From a virus (taxonomy: Duplodnaviria > Caudoviricetes), in the IMG/VR virus record IMGVR_UViG_3300031134_000004, positions 1 to 64,000 of that record: a stretch of 64,000 bases of DNA; one strand, written 5' to 3'. The notes under the pieces are model-generated. The model made no database searches, was not told the origin of the DNA, and saw only the letters and a list, made by a program, of their open reading frames with translations. Both the position numbers and the translations under genes were made by a program. Position 1 is the first letter of the stretch. Every line of letters begins with the position of its first letter. Shown in pieces: positions 9,944 to 18,807 of this stretch.

Positions 9944-10195
9944 ATGAGCCTTATGAACACGACCGCTGTTACCCAAGCCACCCTGGTTAAAGCAGCACAC
10001 AAGCACATCCACTGCCTCTTCATGGCACTGCCTAGCAACCTGAAACACAAAGACATGATGACGATCGCCCTGCGGATGGACGATCTGGAATCGAGCGACA
10101 ATCTAGAGCAACTGTTTAAGTTCGCTGACCAACTCAAAACGTTTGACCTGGACCAAGCTGTTATCGCTTACGAAATGGTGCAGTGCACTTTCTAA
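9944..10195 (+). CDS. Hypothetical early protein, 83 aa
   Basis: First ORF after the early promoter motif. Confidence 0.65.
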   Translation: MSLMNTTAVTQATLVKAAHKHIHCLFMALPSNLKHKDMMTIALRMDDLESSDNLEQLFKFADQLKTFDLDQAVIAYEMVQCTF

Positions 10196-10254
10196 GCAAT
10201 CCCCTTTTTGATGTTAGACAATAGAGTCTGACTATAACTTTTGGAAAATGAATT

Positions 10255-10875
10255 ATGACCACGATCGTTTGGGCTGAAGGCCATCTATACACCGACAGCC
10301 GCGTTACCTTTGGCGCTGGCTTTAATGGCAAGACGCATGATGACAGTTTCCTGAAGATTCGCGAACCTGAGCATTTCTTCTACAATGATGAACGAGTGCT
10401 GGCCTTTACGGCAGCAGGCGACGCACGCATCTTCACGTTCTTCGATTTTCTATCTGAGCACTGCAAGAAGGTCAATCAGAAAATCGACGTCACTGACTTC
10501 GACATGTACACCGGGTTGCAGGTACAGAAAATTGCCTGCAGCATGATGTTCATTACCGAACACAGCATCATCTCCGTGATAGTTGATGCGTTTTACCAGC
10601 TTCACTTTAAACGCCATGAAAAGATCATGCGTGTGGCAACAGGCTCGGGCTACGAAAAGCTCGGCGACCTAGTTTTCCACGGCGTACTCTCTGGCGTAGA
10701 TCTCATGGCGCTTGCCATGGCTAAGGATAACCAAACCGGTGGTCCTATCAACGTATGGTCGCAAGACAAAGGCATTGTGAACAACATCCCTCCAGTTGCA
10801 CACTGGGATGTGATGAAGAAGATCATGAAACACAATGTCAAGCTCACCCTGCGCAATCTGTTCAAACGTAAATAA
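10255..10875 (+). CDS. HslV/proteasome-beta-like Ntn peptidase
   Basis: N-terminal MTTIVW...LYTDSR (Thr nucleophile after Met removal), ATGSG and AMAKDNQTGGPI motifs. Confidence 0.7.
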   Translation: MTTIVWAEGHLYTDSRVTFGAGFNGKTHDDSFLKIREPEHFFYNDERVLAFTAAGDARIFTFFDFLSEHCKKVNQKIDVTDFDMYTGLQVQKIACSMMFITEHSIISVIVDAFYQLHFKRHEKIMRVATGSGYEKLGDLVFHGVLSGVDLMALAMAKDNQTGGPINVWSQDKGIVNNIPPVAHWDVMKKIMKHNVKLTLRNLFKRK

Positions 10876-10903
10876 TTCAATTTCACATTTAAGGAGTATC
10901 ATC

Positions 10904-11026
10904 ATGTCCGCATTCCAACAATCGCAAAAAGCAATCGACCAATCCAAAGGTGGCTGGGGTATCATCCTCGTCGCTTTGGCCGTCATCATCCCAACCATGA
11001 CTTTGCTCGTCAAGGCCATCGGTTAA
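10904..11026 (+). CDS. Small single-pass membrane protein, 40 aa
   Basis: AAGGAG RBS; hydrophobic stretch WGIILVALAVIIPTMTLLV. Confidence 0.6.
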   Translation: MSAFQQSQKAIDQSKGGWGIILVALAVIIPTMTLLVKAIG

Positions 11027-11044
11027 ACGAAAGGAAGAAGTATC

Positions 11045-11212
11045 ATGGCAATGCTCAAAGCTTTTGGTAAGACCTACGGGTCACCAAGGCCGACTACCCA
11101 AGAAGTCGTTCCACCCGCAGCAGAACAAGTGCAACCAGCACCTGTCCCTGAAGCACCGTCCGTAGCGCCTACCCAATCCATGGGTGAGCGCTTGGATTCC
11201 ACGCAGCCATAA
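11045..11212 (+). CDS. Small Pro/Gln-rich protein, 55 aa (below ORF-track cutoff)
   Basis: AAGGAAG RBS; MAMLKAFGKTYGSPRPTTQEVVPPAAEQ...; stop abuts the terminator. Confidence 0.55.
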   Translation: MAMLKAFGKTYGSPRPTTQEVVPPAAEQVQPAPVPEAPSVAPTQSMGERLDSTQP

Positions 11213-11214
11213 TG

Positions 11215-11256
11215 GCGGCATAAAAGAGAGCAGGGTTTCCCCCACTCTCTTTTTTT
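11215..11256 (+). terminator. Intrinsic terminator, family member
   Basis: GCGGCATA-aaAGAGAG...CTCTCT plus T7. Confidence 0.7.
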
Positions 11257-11267
11257 GTTGCAACAGC

Positions 11268-12077
11268 TTACCGTGGACCACCAATGATCGTGCGCAGAAG
11301 ACGTGTGTAGGATTCGACGTCATTCATGAGTGAGATCTTTTGCCACTTTTCCCGCAACTCCGTTTCGTACAGTTCTTCGGCATCAGCAAACCCTTCGATG
11401 ATGTCTTTGAACCGACCGAGACTTTGACCGCCATGCAATTCACCCATGTCCATTTCGATTGCGTACTCGTTGTACACATACGCTTTGACAGCGTACGAGA
11501 CAAGGTTAGCAAAGTCTGGATAGCTCTTCATTTGGAGGTGCGACAAGTTTTCGTCGTTCTCCAAAATGCAGCGCAGGTAAATGTTAGCAGGCAAGACAAC
11601 GGTGTCGCGCACCATGACTACGTTTTCCCCGACCAAGGAAACGCGGGCAGTGGAGGTCACTGGAATGGACCCCATTGCATCCATGACCGAGCTTGCCGCT
11701 TGGAGCATGGTGGTGCTTTGTTGACCCGCCGCCACACCGTAACTCGATGCTTTCGTAGGGTCTGAGAACGTGATGTTGAGCACACTTTGGATCGAGCGAC
11801 CCTGGGTGTGTTCTTTGGGGATACGGTACACTGACGTATAGTCGTTCGTGCGATCAGCAATCAAGCCATTTAAGTCAATGATCGCTTCGGTGCCGCCAAC
11901 CAAGTTACAGTCGACGAATACACGCGGTCGAATTACTTCCCGCAGTATTTGTTCGTCAAGGCTAAGTGGCTGCGGGTTACGCCAACCCGTTTGATGCCGC
12001 TTAATAAACACCGCTTCGAGCACACGTTTGTTGATACGGAATTTCACCTTATCGAGTGCGTAAGATACTGCCATCAT
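11268..12077 (-). CDS. Conserved phiKZ-like protein, probably virion structural, 269 aa
   Basis: AGGAG RBS; late-gene orientation; no catalytic motif recognised. Confidence 0.6.
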   Translation of the reverse strand: MMAVSYALDKVKFRINKRVLEAVFIKRHQTGWRNPQPLSLDEQILREVIRPRVFVDCNLVGGTEAIIDLNGLIADRTNDYTSVYRIPKEHTQGRSIQSVLNITFSDPTKASSYGVAAGQQSTTMLQAASSVMDAMGSIPVTSTARVSLVGENVVMVRDTVVLPANIYLRCILENDENLSHLQMKSYPDFANLVSYAVKAYVYNEYAIEMDMGELHGGQSLGRFKDIIEGFADAEELYETELREKWQKISLMNDVESYTRLLRTIIGGPR

Positions 12078-12102
12078 AACGAGGCTCCTAAAAAGTTTCG
12101 GC

Positions 12103-12121
12103 CATATATCACACTACTGAG
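12103..12121 (+). promoter_or_regulatory. Early promoter-like motif
   Basis: CATATATCACACTACTGAG. Confidence 0.7.
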
Positions 12122-12179
12122 TTGTGAAACAGAATCCATAGAATTCTGTAAGTTTTTATCTTTAACAAGGAGTAAGACC

Positions 12180-12602
12180 ATGAGTACCCAAGAAGCAGAA
12201 AAGCAGTTCAGCGTTGTCAACACCCACGTTACCGATGTCAATGGTAGCCCACTGCACTACTCGTTCACCACGGGCCTTGACGGCTTTGGTTTGAAAGAGA
12301 TGTGCGTCTACGGCGTGAATCCCGGCGTGGCCGTGCCGACCATCAACAAGCTGGTACGCGCTTACCGTGAAGGCAAGATCGCCACCGACCGCAAGTACCC
12401 CGACATCATCAAAGACCTGGACGTTGTACTTAAAGACGTCTCGGCAACCGACTCGATTAAGCGCTTCGGTCCTAGCAACAAGAACCCGGTGATTGCACGC
12501 GACATGGTCCAGATCATCTGGCCTGATGCAAACAACATCTTCCCCTGGGAACCGGGTTTCGACGAAAGCCAGCGTCACCTGCAATACGCCCTGTACCGCT
12601 AA
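12180..12602 (+). CDS. DUF4262-like protein, 140 aa
   Basis: AACAAGGAG RBS; YSFTTGLDGFGLKEMCVYGV and QIIWPDANNIFPWEPGF fit the DUF4262 pattern. Confidence 0.6.
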   Translation: MSTQEAEKQFSVVNTHVTDVNGSPLHYSFTTGLDGFGLKEMCVYGVNPGVAVPTINKLVRAYREGKIATDRKYPDIIKDLDVVLKDVSATDSIKRFGPSNKNPVIARDMVQIIWPDANNIFPWEPGFDESQRHLQYALYR

Positions 12603-12616
12603 ACAAGAAAGGCTTT

Positions 12617-13039
12617 ATGTCCGATCTTCTCAAGAAACTATTGGGTCTGAACGCTTTGACGATGGCGGCTATCAATGCGTTTGCAAGCAATGTCGAGATT
12701 GCAAACAGCGCTGTCTCTTACGCTGAGCTTCCAGAAAAGACAAAGACGATGCTCGAAAAGATTGGGTTTATCCCAAGCGAGCGCGTCTACGATCCGAATG
12801 TAGAATATTCGCCTGAAGCACAAAACGTGTGGAAGATTTTCCAGCAAGCTGTTTTCGATGAAACGCACAACCTCTTGGGAGAATTCCTCGCAGAGCGTTC
12901 TGCAAAGTTCACCGAAGCTGGCTACCCGTCAAAGTTCGTGCATCACCGTTTCGTGATTGAAGGTGCTAAATCAGTGGTGGTGCGTGGTGTCCAGATCATG
13001 ATCAACGACATCGGCTTCATCATGGTCAACTACGATTAA
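12617..13039 (+). CDS. Hypothetical protein, 140 aa
   Basis: AAGG RBS; operon context. Confidence 0.65.
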   Translation: MSDLLKKLLGLNALTMAAINAFASNVEIANSAVSYAELPEKTKTMLEKIGFIPSERVYDPNVEYSPEAQNVWKIFQQAVFDETHNLLGEFLAERSAKFTEAGYPSKFVHHRFVIEGAKSVVVRGVQIMINDIGFIMVNYD

Positions 13040-13056
13040 AACAAGGAGCAATTCCA

Positions 13057-13380
13057 ATGAAACAACTCCCAGCCCGTTTGTCCCTCTTTAAGCGCATCAA
13101 CGAAGCGCTCGATAAAGCCAACGTCGAAGGCGACTTCAAAGTCACCAAGAGCCCGAAGGTTACCATCATCCGTATCGCACCTAAACGTGCTACCGGTATC
13201 CCGACCATCGTCATCCAGAAGAAGGTTGACAACATGATCGTCTACCTGCTCGATCGCTTCGATGTCAAGACCGTCGGCATCATGTCGATTCGCAATGCTG
13301 ACGATGCGAAGAAGTTCGTCAAGTGGTACATGCTGATGCTGGACCTGGCAGCATTTCGTCGCGACCCCGCTGGCATCTAA
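13057..13380 (+). CDS. Hypothetical basic protein, 107 aa
   Basis: AACAAGGAG RBS; strong codon bias. Confidence 0.7.
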   Translation: MKQLPARLSLFKRINEALDKANVEGDFKVTKSPKVTIIRIAPKRATGIPTIVIQKKVDNMIVYLLDRFDVKTVGIMSIRNADDAKKFVKWYMLMLDLAAFRRDPAGI

Positions 13381-13389
13381 GGACGCGTC

Positions 13390-13794
13390 ATGAAGCAACA
13401 ACAGTTCGCAATCAAAGTCGGCAAGATCATGGCCGAAGTGACAAAGCTGGTTAAGAATAGCGACATGTTCCAAGAGGGTATTTTCCTGTCACTCTCGACA
13501 ATCGTGTCTGTGGAAGCTGCCGGCGAAATCCCAATTTACATGGTGCACACGTTTCCTTCGCCAATGTATCCAGAGCGCCATCACCGTGGCGTGGAGATGC
13601 AGTACGTACCGGCTGGCAATGAGATGGGCGTAGTGTTTCATCCCGACTACACGCTGGCACAGATGGCATCTGTATTCATGGTGGTCGGTTTCGAGCCTGA
13701 CGCCGAACCAGTGGCGATCGCGTACCAGATCTTCGACTATCTGTTTCGCAACAATAAGCCGGAAGGTTACACCCTTCCGATGTACAATTTCTAA
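13390..13794 (+). CDS. Hypothetical protein, 134 aa
   Basis: AAGGA RBS; operon context. Confidence 0.65.
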   Translation: MKQQQFAIKVGKIMAEVTKLVKNSDMFQEGIFLSLSTIVSVEAAGEIPIYMVHTFPSPMYPERHHRGVEMQYVPAGNEMGVVFHPDYTLAQMASVFMVVGFEPDAEPVAIAYQIFDYLFRNNKPEGYTLPMYNF

Positions 13795-13866
13795 ACCCTC
13801 CAGCAATTTTTTACACCACCCAAGCTTGTTATAGAGCAAGCCCTATTTTAAACAAGGAAAAATACC

Positions 13867-14856
13867 ATGCAACAAATCAACAAAGGTCGCGTCTCGTTCT
13901 ACGGTCACGGCGGCTGCGGCACCAATATCGGCAGCCAACTCGAACACTTCCGTGAACGCGGTGAAAAGTCGTTCGCCGATCTGACCCTGACCTACGTCGA
14001 CACGAGCCGCTCGAACCTGGCCAAAAGCATCGACCCACGTCACTGCTACCTGATCGACGGCCTGGACGGTTCGGGCAAGGTCCGCGCTGAAAACCACGAA
14101 GTCATCACCCAACACATCCCGGTCCTGATGCAACAGCACCCAGCCCAAGACCTGGCCATCGTCGTGCATTCCCTGGGCGGCGGTTCCGGTTCGGTGAGCG
14201 GTCCTCTGCATGTGTCCAAGCTGATCGAAGCGGGTATCCCAACCATCGTCATCGGCGTGGCATCGGCCGACACCAAGATCGAAGCGTCGAACTCGCTCAA
14301 GACCCTGAAGTCGTACTACTCGATCGCCGGCATGCACGACGAACCACTCGTCCTGGCCCCGATCATGAACTACGCCGACAAGTCGCGTGAAGAATCCGAC
14401 GGCGCCGTTGTCCGTCTGGTGCTGGCCCTGTGCGCGCTGTTCTCCCGTGAAAACGAAGAACTCGATAGCAAAGACCTGACCCATCTGCTGAAGTTCAACA
14501 AGACGACCAGCTTCGGCGCCCAACTGGCAGCACTGACCCTCGTGGAAGCCGGTGGCACCATCGCCGATTTGGGCAACGTGATCTCGGTCGCTACCCTGGC
14601 CAAGCGCGGCGATCGCACTGCCCTGCCGGTGCCGACCGAATACCAGACCGTCGGTTATCTGGCAGACGACGCTGACGAAAAGCTGCGCAAGCGTGCGCCG
14701 CTGCACTTCATCATCAGCGACGGCGTGCTGGGCGACATCGCCAAGGATCTGCAATCTATCGTGGCCCGTTTCGATGCGGCCAGCGGCATCCGTCAAACCC
14801 AGAGCAATCTGCTGGGCAAGAACGACAAGGCTGCCGATAACGGCCTGGTGCTGTAA
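13867..14856 (+). CDS. phuZ: PhuZ tubulin (phage spindle protein)
   Basis: YGHGGCGTNIG, DGSGKVRAEN and SLGGGSGS tubulin/FtsZ motifs; 329 aa; C-terminal GLVL tail. Confidence 0.95.
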   Translation: MQQINKGRVSFYGHGGCGTNIGSQLEHFRERGEKSFADLTLTYVDTSRSNLAKSIDPRHCYLIDGLDGSGKVRAENHEVITQHIPVLMQQHPAQDLAIVVHSLGGGSGSVSGPLHVSKLIEAGIPTIVIGVASADTKIEASNSLKTLKSYYSIAGMHDEPLVLAPIMNYADKSREESDGAVVRLVLALCALFSRENEELDSKDLTHLLKFNKTTSFGAQLAALTLVEAGGTIADLGNVISVATLAKRGDRTALPVPTEYQTVGYLADDADEKLRKRAPLHFIISDGVLGDIAKDLQSIVARFDAASGIRQTQSNLLGKNDKAADNGLVL

Positions 14857-14866
14857 TAACAACAGC

Positions 14867-14884
14867 AAAATGTAGTATAGTGTG
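14867..14884 (+). promoter_or_regulatory. Putative promoter of ncRNA-1
   Basis: AAAATGTAGTATAGTGTG is 15/18 identical to AAATTTTAGTATAGTATG at 19211-19228. Confidence 0.5.
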
Positions 14885-15630
14885 AAAGGATGCCTTCGCC
14901 ATGACTTGCAAAAGTATCTTGGCGAAGGTGATCATCATTGGAGCGGGTAGCGCCTTTTTAGGTGTGAAAGCAATGGCTGAACATATCTTGGAATTTGGGT
15001 ATGTTCATCGGCTGGTGCAGGATAACTTTAAAGACATTACTCGCTTTAGTGCACTCGTAGTACTGGGCAACAATTGGAACTCACGTTCAGCGGAAACTCC
15101 AATTGTTTTTCTTTGTTCTCTAGCTCCCCGTTGGGTGAAACCGCATGCTCCCGGTGCATGTATGGATCTCACATTGGAAAGCTGATACTATGAGTGAGAT
15201 CATCTCGCCCCTTTAGTAATACTCACCTAGAAGCGGCTCCACATGGGGTCACTGGCCATATTGACATAAGTGTAAATTCATATCGTGGCAACCTAAACTT
15301 TACTCCAGAGGGGTAAATGCGGACCTGACCCTATTTTCTGAACTTCCGTCGAACGAGGCTATGAGTACTCGAGTACTCTGAGAACCCGATTGATAGTGGG
15401 AAACTCATCAAAGTCACTCGACCGCCATTGGATCAAATGGAAAACCCTGGCTTCGACCTTGCAGACTCTGTATGGAGTACAACTTGCATCCCGCATTAGG
15501 GGGGTTGAGGCCAGTTACTTGGCTGCCTTATATCGAAATACGCCCTGTGGAATAATCACCCTTTCGAGGACTTTTCCCCACATGTCGTGCTGGATTACGG
15601 GTAGCCAAGTAACTCTGGGTTTTATGCCGT
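14884..15630 (+). ncRNA. Candidate large structured ncRNA-1 (about 750 nt), class unknown
   Basis: No credible ORF; at least ten stems visible by eye, for example CCTTCGCCA/TGGCGAAGG, AACAATTGGA/TCCAATTGTT, GATCTCAC/GTGAGATC, CCAGTTACTTGGCT/AGCCAAGTAACTCTGG. Confidence 0.65.
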
Positions 15631-15690
15631 CAAAATGAAATCAATAAAAACTACACACAACAATCGTATAGTGGTTACAACGGAGCCGTC

Positions 15691-16074
15691 ATGAATGAAC
15701 ACCGCGCCACCTTAATCCAAGATATCCGTGAATACCTTGGCATCCTCCTACCTGTATTGCGTCCGATCTTAGAACAATACGCCTACACTGGGATTGATGA
15801 AGAAAGCGCCATCAAGTGGATCATCACCGAAGAACTCGAACTGATCCACTGCATGTGCGCCAACAACCATATTCGCAGTAACACTTATGAGCGCATCTAT
15901 TCGCAGCTCAATAGTGACTTACCACAGTCGTTGTCGATTCTCACGAACCAATACATCCGTGCACCTAGACTGTACGATGAGTCGTGTATCGACATCCATT
16001 TACATGAGCGTGATTTGTACATCGGGTACTTCTCGCCACCACCTCCTTTCGTTCAATACGAACCTCTGATATGA
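15691..16074 (+). CDS. Small protein, array member 1 (127 aa)
   Basis: GGAG RBS; C-terminal IHLHERDLYIGY. Confidence 0.7.
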   Translation: MNEHRATLIQDIREYLGILLPVLRPILEQYAYTGIDEESAIKWIITEELELIHCMCANNHIRSNTYERIYSQLNSDLPQSLSILTNQYIRAPRLYDESCIDIHLHERDLYIGYFSPPPPFVQYEPLI

Positions 16075-16712
16075 ACCCAAATCTCTTCCCAGTCTCTGAG
16101 ACGTACTTCGGATATTGTACTGACCTTGCCGTGCACATCGAGCAAGTGTTGTACCAGTACCTGAAGAACGACAAGCCAACACCTACCATCGTTACAGGTG
16201 GCAAGCGCCTTATCCAAAACCCGACTGTGGGTGTGGCAATCATCCACGCGTTCGCACAGCGCTACGTCGACGAATTCTGCGCCATGTGGTCGGGCAAAGA
16301 AGTGCCAGCGTTCGAAGAAGTCATGCTGCCATTCATCAAGGTCGAGTGGCGTTGCGTGTACGATGAAGATGCAAAAGAAAACGTGCTGAACTACGAACTG
16401 TTCGAGCAACTCTCGAGTCTGCTGATCGACTTGCGAACAGACTTGCGCGTCTTCATGGGTCAGAACCACTGGGTCATGCATTTCTTCAAGGCCAATGGTT
16501 CGGACTTTTACGTGCGTAAGACAATCGATTATCGCATCTACGACTGGGAACGTCGGATGACTGATGGTTCGTGGACAAACACTGTAGAAGAAGTGGAAGT
16601 CTTGAGCGGCGAATTGACCGCTAACGAACAGTCGCTTCTCGACGAAAAGAAACACCGCGCCAAAGAAGAACGCGAACGCATAGCGAACGACGCTCTCTTC
16701 GGACACATTTAA
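16071..16712 (+). CDS. Array member 2 (213 aa)
   Basis: ATGA overlap; MHFFKANGSDFYVRK. Confidence 0.72.
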   Translation: MNPNLFPVSETYFGYCTDLAVHIEQVLYQYLKNDKPTPTIVTGGKRLIQNPTVGVAIIHAFAQRYVDEFCAMWSGKEVPAFEEVMLPFIKVEWRCVYDEDAKENVLNYELFEQLSSLLIDLRTDLRVFMGQNHWVMHFFKANGSDFYVRKTIDYRIYDWERRMTDGSWTNTVEEVEVLSGELTANEQSLLDEKKHRAKEERERIANDALFGHI

Positions 16713-16721
16713 TGCACTATC

Positions 16722-17126
16722 ATGAACCGTCCAACGAGCATTATCATTTCGCTGTCCGATGCCGCCGGCACGGTCAAGAAGGGTTTTCGTGACTACGTCG
16801 CGATCCTGTTAGCCAGGAACAGTCCACGCTTGGGGCTACTTAAAGACTGTTTGGATTACGACTGCACCGATTACTTGCGGCAGGTTCTCACCGAGATCTT
16901 TGCTGACCAAGGCATCCCTGAACTCTTCGGAGGTATCTCAGGTTCGACGCAGCTCTTACTCCAAGCAGGCATGGATCGTCCTGAAGCCAGCGCCGTGACA
17001 CTTCAAGTGTACCGGATTGTCTTGGCCCAATTAACAGCGTTCTTTCCCACACTGGTGTTGGGACCGGACTCAGGCTACCAGTACGAGATGTGTAGCGAAT
17101 ACGACGCGTTTATCACGCCAGCTTAA
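16722..17126 (+). CDS. Array member 3 (134 aa)
   Basis: Tight operon; C-terminal YQYEMCSEYDAFIT. Confidence 0.7.
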   Translation: MNRPTSIIISLSDAAGTVKKGFRDYVAILLARNSPRLGLLKDCLDYDCTDYLRQVLTEIFADQGIPELFGGISGSTQLLLQAGMDRPEASAVTLQVYRIVLAQLTAFFPTLVLGPDSGYQYEMCSEYDAFITPA

Positions 17127-17137
17127 AAGGAACAATT

Positions 17138-17590
17138 ATGGGAACAACAGGTATCTTCGTGCTTCCCTTTGCTGAGGTTGTGCGGCAACTGGAAAACTTC
17201 GAAGAACTGCTGGCGTTTTATCCGGGCGGCGTTAAGAGTGTCATTCGTGATGCTTTACTGCTGGTCGATGGTCGTCGCGTAATGCGTCACCGCGCAGGGA
17301 ACTTTATCAGTGAGTGGGAAACGGCGTCACTGCCTATCTTGCTCGACAAAGTCATGCGTGTGTACGACAACTCTGCGGAAGCTGTTGTTACGCGGATCAT
17401 GGAAAACACGTCGGCCAGTCCGTACATCGAACTTGTGGTGGAGAAGATCTACCGCGAAACACAGATGGTCATGAGTAGCATGTTCAGTTTCGTCCCCGTT
17501 ACCGTCTCTTCGGATGAAGGTTGCTGGTTGGGCGAAGATTACGTTGCATGGGTTACGCTGCATGATCACTTCGTCCCTAGCGGATTATGA
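17138..17590 (+). CDS. Array member 4 (150 aa)
   Basis: AAGGA RBS; C-terminal GCWLGEDYVAWV. Confidence 0.7.
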   Translation: MGTTGIFVLPFAEVVRQLENFEELLAFYPGGVKSVIRDALLLVDGRRVMRHRAGNFISEWETASLPILLDKVMRVYDNSAEAVVTRIMENTSASPYIELVVEKIYRETQMVMSSMFSFVPVTVSSDEGCWLGEDYVAWVTLHDHFVPSGL

Positions 17591-17987
17591 CACCATTATC
17601 ATTGACTGCACTTCGGAACTCCAGCAGTTTCGCGGTGTAGTCTCTGATCTTTATATGCCCGTGTTAGAACTACCCGTTCTGCTGGGCTATATTCTTCCGA
17701 GCTTGATGAGTCGGAGTAACTTCGATGCCCGTATTACGTACCTAGCGCATCGGTGTGGGGAAGCAGAAGGAGTATATACAGGTCTCCTTGAGACGGATGA
17801 AGATATAGCCGTCTACGATGGAGTTTATGAAAGGTTTGCCAAAGCGCTGATCCAGTTCGGGTATGCTGTCAAAAATAAACTTGAGTCCTACAATGCGTAT
17901 AGGGCTGGTATATTCGCTTACGACCTAAAGGAATACGTTAATGATGCAACAGTGGTCTTTGCAAAAAGAAACCTTAGCCGCGCCTGA
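17562..17987 (+). CDS. Array member 5 (about 141 aa)
   Basis: ATG 17562 preferred; C-terminal AYDLKEYVNDATVVF. Confidence 0.62.
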   Translation: MITSSLADYDTIIIDCTSELQQFRGVVSDLYMPVLELPVLLGYILPSLMSRSNFDARITYLAHRCGEAEGVYTGLLETDEDIAVYDGVYERFAKALIQFGYAVKNKLESYNAYRAGIFAYDLKEYVNDATVVFAKRNLSRA

Positions 17988-18399
17988 TATCATCATCTTG
18001 GGCACGCAGCGAATGGTTGAACAATTCCGTCGCCGCATTCGCATGCTCACCTACGAGCAGTTGCGTAACGACTTGCTGGAAAAGGAAGCAGTGGTTCTTG
18101 AATCGTTGATCCAAGCACTGCAATACGACAACAAAGTACAAACGGAGATTATGTGCGGGACCATGGATGTCATTCGGCATGACTTTGATATTCAGGACCG
18201 GGAAGATATTGGACTGGTGGCAAGTGCATTGATTGAACTTGCTGAAGGGTTGTATTTGGAATTACAACGCGTGGGAGCGTATCAGAACGGGTACTTGTAT
18301 TACCAGTACCACAGTTTTGAAGACCGCGATTTGGTCATGGCGCGTTTGACGCTACCTGAAATTTCAGCGAAGGGTAACTATGGCCGACAACGACGTTGA
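17941..18399 (+). CDS. Array member 6 (152 aa)
   Basis: AAGGA RBS; C-terminal YYQYHSFEDRDLVM. Confidence 0.68.
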   Translation: MMQQWSLQKETLAAPDIIILGTQRMVEQFRRRIRMLTYEQLRNDLLEKEAVVLESLIQALQYDNKVQTEIMCGTMDVIRHDFDIQDREDIGLVASALIELAEGLYLELQRVGAYQNGYLYYQYHSFEDRDLVMARLTLPEISAKGNYGRQRR

Positions 18400-18790
18400 T
18401 GAAGAAGACACCACAAGGCACCCCGATGCGCCTATGAGAATCATCGTTCCGACCGAGGACATTTTCAAGGCGTTTCATCAAAGTACTGACAACCAAGTGT
18501 TTAGCACCGACTTGTACGAAATCGTCACCCAAGTCATCGTTATCCTTCTTAACAATACGGTCAATAACGTCGATGCCTTAAATGGCTTACCGTTACTTGA
18601 TCGTATGACTGACGAACGCTTTCATTCAGACACAGCGTTTGAACAGAAAGTGCGTCTTGCGACAAACACTATGGCGTGGGAAATCTATCGGCGCGTTAAG
18701 GCACTAGGCATTCACTACGAAGGCATCTTCTCGTATTTCTTCGATGGGTTTGTTGGCCAAGACATTGTGTTGTACAATTTCCCTTATTAA
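18380..18790 (+). CDS. Array member 7 (136 aa)
   Basis: C-terminal FSYFFDGFVGQDIVLY. Confidence 0.7.
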   Translation: MADNDVDEEDTTRHPDAPMRIIVPTEDIFKAFHQSTDNQVFSTDLYEIVTQVIVILLNNTVNNVDALNGLPLLDRMTDERFHSDTAFEQKVRLATNTMAWEIYRRVKALGIHYEGIFSYFFDGFVGQDIVLYNFPY

Positions 18791-18807
18791 CTTTGACTGG
18801 ATGCATT

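Noticed and set aside
14901-15185. 94-aa ORF (and the 82-aa ORF at 15390-15638) inside ncRNA-1
   Set aside because: Poor RBS and codon use unlike neighbouring genes; the first start lies inside a stem. The region is better explained by RNA structure. Not excluded without Ribo-seq.
14884-15630. Assignment of ncRNA-1 as group I or II intron, RNase P RNA or tmRNA
   Set aside because: No P7 R/S elements, no domain V, no GAGGAAAGUCC, no tRNA-like ends or tag ORF, and no interrupted host gene. Short resemblances (GGTAAATGC, GAGAACCCG) are not enough.
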